64,000 bases of DNA from Octopus vulgaris (GCA_951406725.2 OX597831.1:49538001-49602000), one strand, 5' to 3'. Shown: positions 14,059-29,162, counted from the stretch's first letter. Notes: generated by a model not told the origin, from the letters alone. Made by a program: numbers and translations.

Positions 14059-14708
14059 TGCGTGTGCGTGCGTGTATGTGTTTGTGTATGTTTGTGTGTA
14101 TTTGTGTGAGTGTGTGTGTATGTGCACGCGCACATGATTATATATACACACACACTCACACTCACACACTCTGTGCATGTTAAAAAATATCCTCAGCTCC
14201 GCCGTCTTATAAAGGGTAAACTTTATTGAAAAAAATTAATTCAGAAAAATGTTATATCAGCAGAGAAGACAGTATTGGCCACAGCTGGAACAGTGATCGT
14301 TGTCACAAAACATGAAGATTAACACTAATACTGAAAAGAATTCAGAAGCTGCTGATGTAACTATCACTATTCAAAACAATTTATTCATCTTCTGCAACTA
14401 CTTCGAAGACTTTAGTCACATACTGAAGGTCAAAGGAAAGAAATAGTTTAGAGATGTCTTATAATTTACATATTTTTGTATAATGTTTCTAATTTAAGTG
14501 TATATATATACATATGAGTAATAGAAACTTTTCCAACACTTCCTCTCACTATCACACCTTTTCGAAGTAAACTATGTAATACTTATGACGCATCTCTTAC
14601 ATCAACAACTTGTCTGAACGAAGGAAAGCATAGTTTTAACAGAGAGTGAGATAAATAGGCAGATGGATTAGCAGATAGATAGAGAGAGGTATATATAAAT
14701 AGATAGCA

Positions 14709-14739
<31 letters not shown>

Positions 14740-15049
14740 AGAGAGAGAGTGATTAATTGCTGACATATAATTCGCTTCCTTAGGAGTAGACCAATCGCCT
14801 CTCCTTCAATAGGTGTCATCAATTCAGCAACTATCCCACCTTTACTCAGTATATGTTATATTTAGTCATGTACAAAAGAAACAAAAAACAAAAACAAAAG
14901 AAAGTGCGTGGATATGACTTATGGTTTAAGTAATTTACATAAATGTAATGAAATTGAACTCACAGAATTCGCAGTAGATAACACAGACAAATGAGGGTAC
15001 AATGGATACCACACAGAATAAATTATTGTTTCATTGAAATCATATTCGC

Positions 15050-15261
15050 ATCCAGATGTGGTAGATCAATCGTTTAATATCAGCTCAAAAGTGAAAGCGA
15101 GATAATCTTAGGAATCATACATCTAGTGTTATAGAAAAAAACAATGATTCTATTCCTTATTTATAGAGTTTTGAATGAAAGGGTGTCTCTATGCGATCTC
15201 TTACGCGCTGACTCAGGTGATGATAATGATGATGATTATCATAATAATAATGATAGTAATT

Positions 15262-15342
<81 letters not shown>

Positions 15343-16500
15343 TAAATAATAATAATAAATAAATAATTATGTCAGTAGAGAGCAACATTAGCAATATACC
15401 GATCATGACTTCTCGTCCGATAAGGGTACACCAGGCACATGTCTCACAGCCATATGTACACGACATGGTGACCTTATATTAAGATATACGGTACATGACC
15501 TTGTAGTCAGAATTTTCTTCAGGTTGAGTAGCTCAATCTGCTCAAAAGGTCACTGAAAGGTTGTTTAAGGATGATCAATGAAACACCCATGTTTCCAGAG
15601 GTGAATTATTCAAACCCCAAAGAATCTCTCTCGGCACATGGCTATGGTGATACTCCACTGCTCCTGTTCGTTTTCAGAGATGCACATATCATCAGCCACT
15701 AAAGGACATGCTCAACTGTATAAGATCAAGCAATTGACAAGCAAATATCTGGTATTGAGCAGAATATTTTCTGTAGCCGATTCTTTAAAACAATCAGTTG
15801 AGATCAGAAGCCATGAAAGCCTGGCTAACTCGGTAGAATTGTAGATAAAAATTCCTTGGAGCATTTGGTTATGTCCTGTAGGACATGTATTTGGTAAAGC
15901 CCTGTAGGAGTTTTTTCTTTCTTTTTGTTTCAACTTCCGAGACCTATAAAATAAGTACCTGTCCTATATAAAGGTCGTTCCAATCGACTGTATAAATGTG
16001 GGATTAAGGCGAGAAAAGAAATTGTTATTGTAATTATAATACTACAGCTGAGTTGCCGGGTGAAAGTGACTGGATTAGTATTTGATAAATAGAGACAATT
16101 CACTTTCATAAGTCTTTGGTCACGAAGTTGAAACTATTTCGTGTATCTCCCTAGACCCGAGAACAATCAATTACGAATGTTAGACTTAGAGAATCAGGTA
16201 TCTATAAGCTATCCAGAAGAAATAGAGTCCAATACCGACAGTGAAGTAATACCTCTGTCCTTCAGTTAAGAAATGTTACTGGTTAATGTAATACCTGGAA
16301 AATATCCGTTTCACATATATGAAGATTCATGATACATTGACCTATTGGATGTCGATATCGACGATACTATTTGTTACTGGGTGCGGGAATTCGGTTTCTG
16401 AGACCCTAATTTTCGAGAGGAAATGTAACAAAGATGTGTAATTTTAAATATTTCTTGAACTAAATGATTGAATATGTTTGTAATAACGATCCTTCATATA
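15050..16500 (+). pseudogene. Possible decayed Polinton/Maverick protein-primed DNA polymerase B relic
   Basis: Collinear degenerate motifs: LFIE.*MKG/GVSM (about 15158-15200, cf. LFIExGxRGGxS), DNSL (about 16094), VSISYPEEI..PLS, LLVNVIPGKYPFHIY..YIDL, YFLN*M. Stops and frameshifts throughout. Confidence 0.38.
15375..15830 (-). mobile_element. Dispersed non-coding repeat beside (AAT)n, diverged copy
   Basis: Collinear with 23650-24196 (GATAAGGGTACACCAGGCACATG..., CAGCCACTAAAGGACATG...). Confidence 0.8.
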
Positions 16501-16695
16501 CCCTAGGAGTGTTTCAAGGGTCGTAACCATAGATGTTCAGTATACAACGCATTGGAGAAGCAAAATAAGTGGTTCAAGGTAGAATAAGACGTGCCGCCAT
16601 TATTTTTTGAGGGACATAAAAATAGCATGAGATAGAAGTATATCATACAATTCATCGGTAAAATTAAAATCGGAGTAAAATGAATACCTTGGAAA

Positions 16696-16728
<33 letters not shown>

Positions 16729-17366
16729 CATATAATCATATCGAAGGGAAATGGAAATTAATAGAAATTTTCACTTCCAGTGGCCTAGCGTGTAAAAATT
16801 TAGTCCAAAGGCTACGTATTAGTCATAAAATACAGTATACATTTAAACACATAAGGAATCCACTCGTGGGATTCAACGCGCTAGAAAAAACAGCTAGGTT
16901 CTATAACCACAAAAATTAGGGATAAAATTCGACAGGAACGAAATGAAAAAATAAAAATTTTTACCATCTAGTTTCCTGGACCAGTTGGTTTCTGATTTTA
17001 GTTTAGCAAATAAATAATATTTGCTAGGTGAAATCTTCAACAGGTACACCTTAGATTAAAAATATAAAACACGAGGCAATCAACTATGTGCCTCTTATTT
17101 ATACATCCTAATTTTTTTCAAAATCTAATGTTTAAATGTACACTATTTTATGGGCATTTCGGTGGTCTGATTCCATAGTTGTTGTTCTCCGGGGCTGGTG
17201 TAGTTAGGTCGTGGTAGAATGCTCTCCACCTCATATGTCTAATTACCTCCATATATATTTTAAGAGGTCATGGGCGGATAAGTTTTTGGGATCTGACGAT
17301 ACGCCAGAAAGCTAAACCCTTTATGGACGAGAAACCTAAGGTAATCCCATAAACCAGCCTTCCTAA

Positions 17367-17401
<35 letters not shown>

Positions 17402-17872
17402 ACAAATAATAGAGACAGTAAATGGAATATATCAGAAACATTATTGCTCACTACGAGTATTTCGACCCATCATGCATTGATTCCTCGCGGGTGGGATTCT
17501 GTACAACTGGTTGTGGTGCATCACTCGTTGCTGGAGCGTCTCGTTAGGTGATTTTAGAAGAGGTGTTTCGTTAAATAAACCCTGTTTTACTCGGTTTTAA
17601 TACGGCATACCTTTAGTGACCGTAGGTTTACGCCGTTAGGGTTCGATTGAGTATGGGTAGAAACGATCGCTGTGAGCAATAAAGTTCCTCGTATATTCTA
17701 TATTATGTCTCTATCGTTTGTTATATAATCGACGAACTCTGAAGACTTCGTGAGGTATATCCAACAATAAATACCGTAAATACCGTGAATGACGTCAGGT
17801 AGCCATAGGTAGTGAAGGTTTTTCACCTACTAACTACTAGGTAGATATCCAATGCTTAAGTAATTACTTACA

Positions 17873-18457
<585 letters not shown>

Positions 18458-19959
18458 GCTTTTCGTTGTTCATGTTTACGAAGAGCAGGAAAAGTATTGA
18501 ATGCATATAAGAGATTAGCTATTCGTTCGAATCGAATATCTCGCTTTAGTGCGTTCTTTCAGTAAAAAATCTTCCAGTAAATCGAGTTTGGTTTCAAGTA
18601 GGACAGTTATTAGCATCACAACGTATAACTGGAATGACCCTATTCAAAGACATCGACAAAGAAGGTCACCTATTAATGGAACCGATAACATTAAAAGGTT
18701 GGGACACTGAAGCCTTTTACGGCACCTGCATACGCTGGATAAATGAATATTTATCCTTTTCTATGTGCACAATAATGTAGCTTAGATACAAATTGAATAT
18801 TTGGCCATGGATGCAATTCGGGGACTAATTGTACAAGGAGCTAATTCTATTTACGTCACTGGTGCCCTTGAGAAAGAGCTATAGTTCACTATATTATATT
18901 TCTTCTTAAATGCACGATTTCCTACTTCGACCATGCGTCTAACGACTTATCTTTTGCTGAACAATTGGCGTCCCTGGCAGCAGCTCGAGTATTTATTGTT
19001 CAAAATTACATATCATGCATCTCATTGGACAGGTTGCTGAAGGAAAGTGTATTCATAGGAAGGATGGTCGGTCGCGTACATACCATATATTTTCCCCTTC
19101 TTCCATCAACACGCACGACACCCACCACGCAATTATATATATATATATATATATATTTATAGAGAGAGAGAGAGAGAGAGAGAATATAAAAAAGTCAGGG
19201 GTAATGAGATGAACACATTTATTACACCAGTTTATATCCATAAGATATATTCTATATACTCCTAATGAAATAACCATTAATTGAATTTACTGGATTTACT
19301 GGATTTCAACTGCATACGACTCTACGTTTCACGCCTATGTATTAGCTTACTAAGTGGTTTGTAGCCTAGTCCTCTAAAGGAGCTTTTTGTGAATATTACC
19401 GGATTAGCTAAAACCATATATTGAGCACTAAATACATACATACATATACATATATATATGTATACATTCATTGACAGATACTCAAATATATATATACAAA
19501 CATTCGTACACACACACACACACATGAAATATGGCGTCACCTTGACGCAATAGACTGTTCTTTTCATGTAATAATTACCAAGTATATTCTAATCTTTTGA
19601 CATTTATACAATTATGCAAAGATAACGGAAAATATCTTTTTTGTATAAGCGGAGGGAACGGATTTTTTAGAGAATATCTTGGCAGAATTAAACTTGAAAT
19701 AATACATTGAGTATTCATACTTACACTATGGCGATGGAAGGAATCAAAGTCGGTTACTACAAGTGACTGTACTATCAAGAAAAATTTTGGAGGATTTTAA
19801 AATTTTATCAAGCCCAGCACCAATTCAAAAGAAATCTAGAAAGATACCTCAAATGGTTACATTACTATCAGTAGATGCAAATGAATAATGAATTCACCAA
19901 TCACCAAATGCGACTTTCCGATAAGCATCGCGTGATTGTTGTAAATATATGTCAGTGAG

Positions 19960-20287
19960 GGCGCGTGGCTTAGTGGTTAGGGCATTCGGCTCATGATCGT
20001 AAGGTTGTGAGTTCGATTCCCGGCGACGCGTTGTGTCCTTGAGCAAGACACTTTATTTCACGTTGCTCCAGTCCACTCAGCTGGCAAAAATGAGTTGTAC
20101 TTGTATTTCAAAGGGTCAGCCTTGTCACTCTCTGTGTCACGCTGATTATCCCCGAGAACTACGTTAAGGGTACACGTGTCTGTGGAATGCTCAGCCATTT
20201 GCACGTTAATTTCACGAGCAAGCTGTTCCGTTGATCGTATCAGCTGGGACCCTCGTCGTCGTAACCGGCGGAGTCTTTTTTTTTTTT
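19960..20287 (+). mobile_element. SINE family B, tail type 2
   Basis: Same head and core as 10430 but a different 3' half ending in a T-run. Flanked by a probable TSD AAATATATGTCA (about 19943-19954 and 20288-20299). Confidence 0.9.
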
Positions 20288-20599
20288 AAATATATGTCAT
20301 TCCGTTGCAATATTCTGGCCATGGTGAAATATTGCCTCGTTTGCAGAGAGGAGAGGGTTGATGACTGGAACGATATCCGACCGTAGAAATTTTACCCCAA
20401 CAAGATATCTCCGAATCATGCAAGCACTGGAAAAAGGACGCTAAAACGATGATAATGATTATGATGACGACGATGACGATGCTGCTGCCGCAGAGGATGA
20501 TGATTTATTGTTCACAGCAATGAAGCTGTATCAGAAATTTCAAGAGCCCAATGGATTCTGCTCTGTAGAAAATAGCTAATAACACGAAACACAACTAGA

Positions 20600-21950
20600 A
20601 CAAAATGCGTCACACTAAGACAAATATATGTCAAAAGTCATTATACGGAACAGCGTGAGTCGCATACGAATGAATAGAAATGGGTAAATGATAGGAAATG
20701 ATACAAAAGACATCTCAGAGAAAGATTTAAAGCGAATTTCTCTTTATATCAGCACGGTATTAAATAGACGAGCAGTTGTAGCACTAATCGATAGAAAAAT
20801 CTTGTGACTTGATGTTATCTAGGATTGATCAAATTGCTAAAGAACACCTAGCGGAAATTAAGCTCCCACTTTGTAGTGAACGTTGAATATCTTTGGGTAT
20901 CGTGTTGCAATTAGCATCAACCATCGAATGGGATCAAAAGAATGATTACACATAACGAAAATGCATATGCCTCTAAAAAGTACGAGAGAGTAAGAAAAAA
21001 ACCCAGCTGGTAATTATATACTATAATTAAATGCAAAATGAATAATAGATTCACCAATCACCAACTGCGATTTTCCGATTGGCTATTCAGAAACTGTGAG
21101 AACTGTCAACGGGAGACGTGAATAACTGTTGAATGTGAAGTACGACTTGTTAGTTAGAGGCGGTGTTATTGTAAAAAAATGTCAAAAGCGTAGCACTATC
21201 AGGCGAACGATGACGTGCGTATTTATTCTATATATGTTCCAGCAGATTTGAATGTAAATATTAAATCGCTGTTATGTCGCCACAGGAGAACAGTTCCTTC
21301 TTTTTACAACGGCTGTGTTCGTCACATTGGTCCAAGGGACTTTGGAACACTGATGTTTCGACATGTTTAGTCTCGTCAGCCAGAAGTATACGTATCATTG
21401 AATCTAAAGATTTATTATGAAGCTTAATTTTGTACTAAACCCACGAACTATATATAGCAATAGGACAAAAGTTATCATGTTTACTCTCAACCGAAGTAAG
21501 GCCCTATAACCTCACTGCCTCCTCCTGGTCCAATAGAAAAAAAAACTATATATAGCAATATAAACAATTCTATCATCAATGTTGCAAATGCTCTTCTGCC
21601 ACATAATCACTTGAGGTCATACCGAGGACGAATGTAGAATATAAATAAAATGCAGTAAGGTTAAACGCGCGAAAGCTAAGTACTTTGCAAGTGTCTCTTC
21701 TAAAAGATATAACATCACCATGCAGCCATCAAGATTCTATTAACGTTTGTTGCAAAATTATCGAATAAAAAAACTGGTAATTTGTTATTGGTATAAAAAA
21801 AAGTCTCACATTCTATTGCGAATCTTTCGATAATCTGTAAACAATAGACGTGAGCATGACGTGCTACATAGGCTGGCTGTTGCACTTAAAACAGTCATGC
21901 TTAAGAATCAGAAGACACATGTGGTAAAGAACCATATGACTGAAATGTTG
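20600..21950 (+). pseudogene. Second highly decayed Gypsy-like pol relic
   Basis: STVLNRRAVVALIDRKIL (cf. RHFLEGRxFxxxTDHKPL), RCYV..HIGPR (cf. RPYVP..HPG), LLTFVAKLS and LHRL..LK in the expected order. Weak DNA similarity to 10760-11430. Confidence 0.35.
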
Positions 21951-23407
21951 TTGATTATACAATGCACGCAGACTGTCAGGTTCCGTTTCTTCAATATAAC
22001 TGTAAAGCAAACTTAGTAGTGACTGATGGGTTGGTAGTAGGAAAGAAGGTACAATGTGAATGGGATGAACATTTCTTCATCAATGAAGGTATCCCTATGA
22101 AAGAAGGAAAGTGAAATCTCGTTGCCATAATCTATTGGTTGTAAGGCGAGATAATAAGAAGCAGTTCGACTTTTTACTTTGCCTATGGATACTATACCAA
22201 TGCACATGTCCAGGGATCCTTCTGTGATGTTGATGCCCAATCAAAAACTGACAAAGTCACTACAAATATCACTGACAAATGAAGCGACTATTATAGAGGC
22301 TAACAGAATTAGGCAAGCAACACGATTGTTCTAAGTGATAACTTGTTCGATATACTGCTCACCTGGCAGTGGAGCTTTGTTAGCCATGTTGAGGAAGTAA
22401 ATTTACAAGTTAAAATCTCTAGAGAAGAAGAAAATTAACTCTACTCCCATATGTGTTTGTGCGTGTTTACATGTACATGCAGGTATGTATCTGTTTATGT
22501 GTGGGTTTCTAATTTATTCAAAAGTAGCCCGAGTTACTATCAGGCGTCTGTGCTAGGAAACTTGATTGTTAGGTTGGCTCTAGCGTACTTTAGGAAGCAA
22601 GCCTAGGAATATCAATCAATTATATCACGCCTGCGATGAAAAGAATAATTTTCTAAATGTCTGACTCGAATACAACAAAAAAAGGTGCGACAACAAGGGA
22701 GATGACCACAAAATTCTAACTGATATTTATTGAATTTGGAATGTAGTGCGAATGACACTGATCATTAGTAGTAAGTTAAATATCAGGCAAATCCGGACAT
22801 GTTTCGGTCTTATTAAAGCTGTTCAGCGAAGCATGGTCTAATCGGTATATTTTAGATTACTAGAGTATTTTTGTGAATGAACGTGGACTGATATCATAAC
22901 TTCGGATAAATTTCTCGTGGCTTGGAAACATACACAGGGATATTTTCTGCATGGTAACTTAATAAGTAAAGTGGGAGCTATTATACTTGATATGTGTGTG
23001 TATGCGCGTGTGTAATTGGGTGAGTGTGTAATTGTGTGTGTGTGTGTGTATGTGTGTGTGTGCGTGTGTGTAATTGTGTGTGTTTGTGAGGGAGAGAGAA
23101 GTGGGCGGCAGGTAGACAGAGACAAGAGAGAGTACAAAAAAAGGTATAGCAGGAAGGGGAGTGAATAAATACCAGAAGAGAGAGGAAGTGAGGAAAAGTG
23201 ATAAAGGGGGAATAAAGGGGATTAGAGTAAATGAGAAGTAAAAAGAACGAAAGAGAGGATTATAGAAAGACTGTGTGTATGTATGTGTGAGTGAGAGAGA
23301 GAGAGAGATTGAGAGAGAGAAAGAGAGGGAGGGAAAAAGGAGAGAGAGACAGATTGGTGGGGAAGAGTTATTACGTAAGAGTTATATTCAATAAATGAGA
23401 AGAGAAA

Positions 23408-23625
23408 GGCGGCGAGCTGGCAGAACCATTAGCACGCAGGACGAAATGTTTTGCGGTATTCCACCCGTCGCTATGTACTGGGTTCAAATTCTGCTGCGGT
23501 CGACTTTGCCTTTCATCCTTTCGGGGTTGATAATTTAAGTACCAGTGAAACACTGAGGACTATGTAATCCACTAGTTCCCTTCCGCAAAATTTCAGGCCT
23601 TGTGCCTATAGTAGAAAGGATTACT
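23408..23625 (+). mobile_element. SINE family C (Nin-like central domain)
   Basis: GGCGGCGAGCTGGCAGAA head, GGTTCAAATT B-box, GCCTTTCATCCTTTCGGGGTTGATAATTTAAGTACC core, TAT tail. Confidence 0.88.
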
Positions 23626-23649
23626 ATTAATATTAATATTATTATTATT

Positions 23650-24195
23650 GAATGAGAGAGCAGTGCATGCTATCAAAGTGACACTGGGTTAAAATATACG
23701 AAGCCCAGTATACCCATCATGACTACCCGTCTGATAAGGGTACACCAGGCACATGCATCACACCCATATGTGCGCGACATGGTGATCTCATATCAAGATA
23801 AACAGCGCATGACCTTGCAGGTGGGGCCCAGTTAGAATTTTCTTCTGGTCGAGTAGCCCATCCCACTCAAAAGGTCCCTGAAAAAAAATTGTTTATGGAT
23901 GTTGAACGAACCACCCTTGTTCACAAAGGGAATTATCCAAACCTCTAAGAATTCCTTTCAACGCACGGTTATGCTGCACCCCCACTACTTCTGCTCGTGG
24001 TCAGAGATACACATATCGTCAGCCACTAAGGGACATCGTCAACTGGTTAACGTCAAACAACTGACAATCAAATCTGTGGTATTGAACAGAATATTTGCTG
24101 TAGCCCATCTTTTATACCAAGACAAAACAATGTACATGATAACGCTTTCAATCAGTTAAGATCAGGAGCCATGAGAGCCACCGTCTGCTACTGCA

Positions 24196-24196
<1 letters not shown>
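23650..24196 (-). mobile_element. Dispersed about 550-bp repeat flanked by (ATT)n on both sides, probable non-autonomous retroelement
   Basis: Second copy at 15375-15830. The minus-strand 3' end runs into an (AAT)n tail. No ORF. Confidence 0.75.
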
Positions 24197-24744
<548 letters not shown>

Positions 24745-24945
24745 GGCTGCCAGCTAGTAGAATTGTTAGAACGCCGGACAAAATGCTTAACCGCATTTCT
24801 CCTGTCTATGTTCTGAGTTCAAATTACACTGAGGTTGATTTTGCCTTCTATCTTTCCGGGGTCGATAAAATAAGTACTTGAGTCGAAGTAATCGACAAGG
24901 TTCCTCCCCTAAACTTTCTGGCCTCGTGTCTATAGTAGAAAGGAA
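24745..24945 (+). mobile_element. SINE family C, diverged
   Basis: Collinear with 23408-23625. Confidence 0.8.
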
Positions 24946-25280
24946 AATATGGAAAAAGAGAATGTTAAGCATGTGAGAGAAAATCAGTTGCAAGCATGTG
25001 GCTGTTTCTATGTGTTTATGGTAAAGACAGAGAGATAGCGGAGGAGGTAGAGGTTAAAAAACAGAAAAATACTGGCGAGGAAAACCTAGAATAAATTTAA
25101 CGGTGAGATATGCAGAGAGTGGGAGAGAGCGAGAGGGGATGAGAGTGTGGGAGAAACGGCGACAGTCAGACAAGCAGAGAAAAGAGTGTGTAGCGTTAGA
25201 AAAGTTGTGAGTGAAGCAGTGATGGGCAGTCATTTTGCTTAGCGAAAGAGAGAAAAATAAGAGGAATTTATATATTTCTG

Positions 25281-25396
<116 letters not shown>

Positions 25397-25401
25397 CCTA
25401 C

Positions 25402-25487
<86 letters not shown>

Positions 25488-25882
25488 GTCTAGCTATCTA
25501 TCTACCCTGAGGGGAAATTGTGAAGTCAAAAATGGTGCAAAAGGCTGTCAGATGAATTAGATTTTACCTGATCCTTGTCAAATCCTGTTGATTGTGAAAC
25601 AGTATTACGTTGAAGTTAAGCGTGCTTGTAGAACGTTCGTGCACTAATTGGAAGACCATGTAATTTAAGTGATCAAACAACTGAATATTCATAGTCTAAA
25701 CGCGGTACAGATCGAAGTATGTATTGGCCACTGCAGCATTTAGCTTTCCATGGCTTTGCGTTCATTACAGTATGCTTGGTCGTTGTCATGCTGAAGTTTA
25801 TTATTTGCTAATTTCTGAAATTTGTGAAATTATTATAATCAAATTCATTGACCTTTTGAAGAAGCCTTAGAAGAACACTCTA

Positions 25883-26448
25883 CTGGGTTGTCCGAAAAGT
25901 TCATGCCGATTTTTAAAGGAAAGAAAAAGGCCAATAAATACCTGCCTTTGCATTTTTAATCAACCAAATATGAACCATTTTGTTCCACAATGCGTCTCCA
26001 TCTTTTCTTTAACTTGAAAATACCCTCTTCCCAGAATTGATTTGGTTTCATGGCAAAGAATTCATCAAGGTATCTTTTTACGTCATCCAAGGAATTGAAA
26101 TTGTTACCATTAAGTCTATTCTGCAGAAACCTGAATAAGTGAAAATCCGAAGGGGCAATATCTGGTGAATATAGAGGGTGGGGTAACACATCCTAGCCGA
26201 GCTGCAGCAATTTTTGTCTGGTTTCCAAAGCATCAAGCGCCGAAAATGAACTTTCTTATCTTCCATTTTAAAGGGTTACAGAATTAACACAGGTTATAGG
26301 AACATAAACCTTCTTCCGCGAAAAGATAGCTTAAACAGTGCTCTAAATGAAGGTGTAGTCAAATCCTATTTTATGGACTCAACCATGTTCTAAAATAAGT
26401 CGAAATATAAGCTACTATAAATCGGCACGAACTTTCCGGACAATCCAA
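25883..26448 (-). mobile_element. Internally deleted mariner element (566 bp)
   Basis: TIRs CTGGGTTGTCCGAAAAGTTCATGCCGATTT / AAATCGGCACGAACTTTCCGGACAATCCAA, TA on both sides. Transposase N-terminus MEDKKVHFR joined to C-terminus with YSPDIAPSDFHLF. Confidence 0.95.
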
Positions 26449-26479
26449 TAACAGGAGGAAGGAAATATTCTTGATGTCA

Positions 26480-26765
26480 CTGTATTTCTGTATCGACCAG
26501 ACTATCGTTTGTTGTTACACATCGCTGATTAAATTGCACTTTCAATTGTTTCTTGATTGCGTTCATCTTTTTCCATCTTGGTCCAAATCGTTTATTTAAA
26601 TCGCCTTCTCATCGCCGTGAGGGCTTTCCGAGTGGCAACTGAACGGGTTCACTTGTTCACTGTGAACCTTGTGATATATGCGGCCCTGCGGAACTTGTGT
26701 CTTCGGTATTCTGCCATCATGTTCACTCCGCTCCGTTCGCGAATCTCATCGATATACTGGGTGAA
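26480..26765 (-). mobile_element. 3' fragment of an RTE-like LINE
   Basis: Minus-strand translation DEIRERSGV...KFRRAAYITR...PLGKPSRR*EGDL...GPRW resembles the RTE C-terminus (WAGHVAR..GRPxxRW). Short repeat tail GATACAGAAATACAG. Confidence 0.6.
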
Positions 26766-27301
26766 ATAGTTATTCTATTTATTATATATACATTATATAC
26801 ATATGCACACACACAGAGGCAAATGCATATAAACACATATTCACACTCACATGTGCGTGTATGTACACACCCTCTCTCTCTCACATACACACGTACAAAT
26901 GTCAACTGATCGCCGTCAGTTTCGTCGATGAAGATTCAGTTGTTCAATCAAATGCATTCTCTGCTAATTTTATTGACATACAAATGACCGAGCATTGCGC
27001 TGACAGGTGTACCCTTAACTTAATTGAATGGCAGAATCAGGTTGACAAAATGTGCAACGAAGCTATACCTTTTGATTAACAGGTATAATCTGCCTCACAG
27101 ACTTTTATACGGTGTCCGTCAAACCGTTTTTACTCAGAAGCTATGGGACGACCCAAGGTTATAGAAAATGACATTTCCACAAGACACCAAGCAAAAACAT
27201 AAAAATTTGAAGATTGTTAATGCGAAACGAACCTCTTAAATCTTTGGCACCATGAGTGTGTGTGTATGTGTATTTATGTATCTGTGTGCATGGTGTGTTT
27301 A

Positions 27302-27380
<79 letters not shown>

Positions 27381-28253
27381 ATATATATATATAAACTCGT
27401 ATATACATGTATAAACAAGAATTCCATAGTTATTTGCACACATATTAGGAAATGAGTGTGTGTGAACACACATACACACATATATCTACATATTTATCTA
27501 TCTATTTATCTTTCTATCTCTCTATCTATCTATCGATCTAAACTATCTATCTGTCTATATATACACACACATACATATACATATGCGTACAAAATTACAT
27601 AGATATTAGGGCAAGTAACAGGATACAACCACACACACACACACGCTCGCATTGTATGTATAAAACGAAGTGACACTTCAAAAGTAAATCAACCCACGGT
27701 TTGAAATAAATACGTACATAAACACTATAGCAAATCAATGGAAACGAAATTGCTTCTAGCATTTAAAAGCTCCTTGGAGTCTATCATCACTTAATGCCTT
27801 CATCAGCGGGGTACCAGAGCCGCCATAAATACGGCTGGTTGTTTATATAAATTGTACCATTAAAACTGAAGAAACGATTGAAATATTAGTAACAGAAATG
27901 AGTTTAATCTTTATGCAAAACGAAAAAGAAATAATATACAAAAAAGAAAAAAATGTGTGTTTGTGAGTTTGTTCGAATCCTTGATATCAATATTCCTAGA
28001 ATATAATTCAAGATTAACTTAGAGAAATGAACTGTTATAATAGTTACAAGAAGAAATATTTTTATTTACTTCGAATTCTTTTTCCTTGTTCAAGGGAAAT
28101 AATGAAATAGACTCCAATAAACTTGATGCGTGTAATTGTCTTTTCGCAATGGCTGTACTCATACGGCATTATGCATAAATATATATATATTCGCCATGAT
28201 AGATTGGTTGCCATTACACACATTTTTTTCTCTCCTTGTTTCTTTGTGTGTTC

Positions 28254-28289
28254 CTTTCTGTGGAAGAGCGTAGGCTCGAAACGTTAAAG
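28254..28289 (+). ncRNA. Minimal hammerhead-like motif, core variant
   Basis: CTTT-CTGTGGA-A-GAGC(GTAG)GCTC-GAAA-CGTT-AAAG. Same architecture as 6960-6994 but the core departs from CUGANGA. Confidence 0.5.
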
Positions 28290-28517
28290 ATTTTTTCAAT
28301 TTCCGAGCTTTATACTAATACATCTGTTTGTTTTCTACACCAACTGTTTTCGTCTTGTTTTTTTCGTGAATTCTCCCTATATATATATATCCGGCCTATG
28401 CACAGATATTTTTTTAAAGGCGGTGCTCCAGCATGGCCGCAGTCAAATGACTGAAACAAGTAAAAAGAGTAAAGAGTATATATGTATGTATATATATATG
28501 TATGTATATATATTTGT

Positions 28518-28577
<60 letters not shown>

Positions 28578-28662
28578 ATGTATATATGTATGTATATATA
28601 TATGTATATATTTGTGTATGTTTTTGTGCGTGTATGTTTGTATATATCTGTATATATATACG

Positions 28663-28709
<47 letters not shown>

Positions 28710-28741
28710 ACGTATGTATGTGTGTGTGTGCGCGTGTGTGT

Positions 28742-29114
28742 AAAGTAAAGGCTATTTGTTAATTTTATGTGGTTGCCCTGGAACGGATGATTATTACTGT
28801 TGTTTAGCCCCAGGAAACATCTTATATTTTCGAACCAGGAGTTCAGCACCACCATCGAGCACAAAACAACATCTGTTTCTGGGTTATTACACTTTATCAA
28901 CACAGAGTAGCTGGTTGGCTGGGTGGCGATGCTGAACTCACCGTTCGAAAATATATAGCTTCCACAGTGACCCACAGTCACTGATCTGATAAATATAAGG
29001 ACACAGATATTGTGTCGTATAGTCAGCAGGAAACGATGTTTCCTGGGGCCAAGCAACAGTAACAATCGACCATTCAAGGACAGCCACATTATGTTGGCAA
29101 ATAGCCTTTACTTT
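28742..29114. mobile_element. MITE with about 80-bp TIRs and an internal inverted repeat
   Basis: AAAGTAAAGGCTATTTG..CCCCAGGAAACATC is mirrored by GATGTTTCCTGGGG..CAAATAGCCTTTACTTT. Internal TTTCGAAC..GAGTTCAGCA / TGCTGAACTC..GTTCGAAA. Confidence 0.8.
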
Positions 29115-29162
29115 TAAGAACTGCTACATATATCTCTTTGAGAGATTTAGGAATAATGTTTT

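Noticed and set aside
19960-20030. tRNA gene
   Set aside because: The tRNA-like head continues into a SINE body with TSD and lacks a proper acceptor stem.
27740-27810. Additional hammerhead-like relics (also about 2820-2870, 7980-8015, 9900-9960, 12535-12575)
   Set aside because: Too many core or stem defects to separate from chance, so they were not counted.
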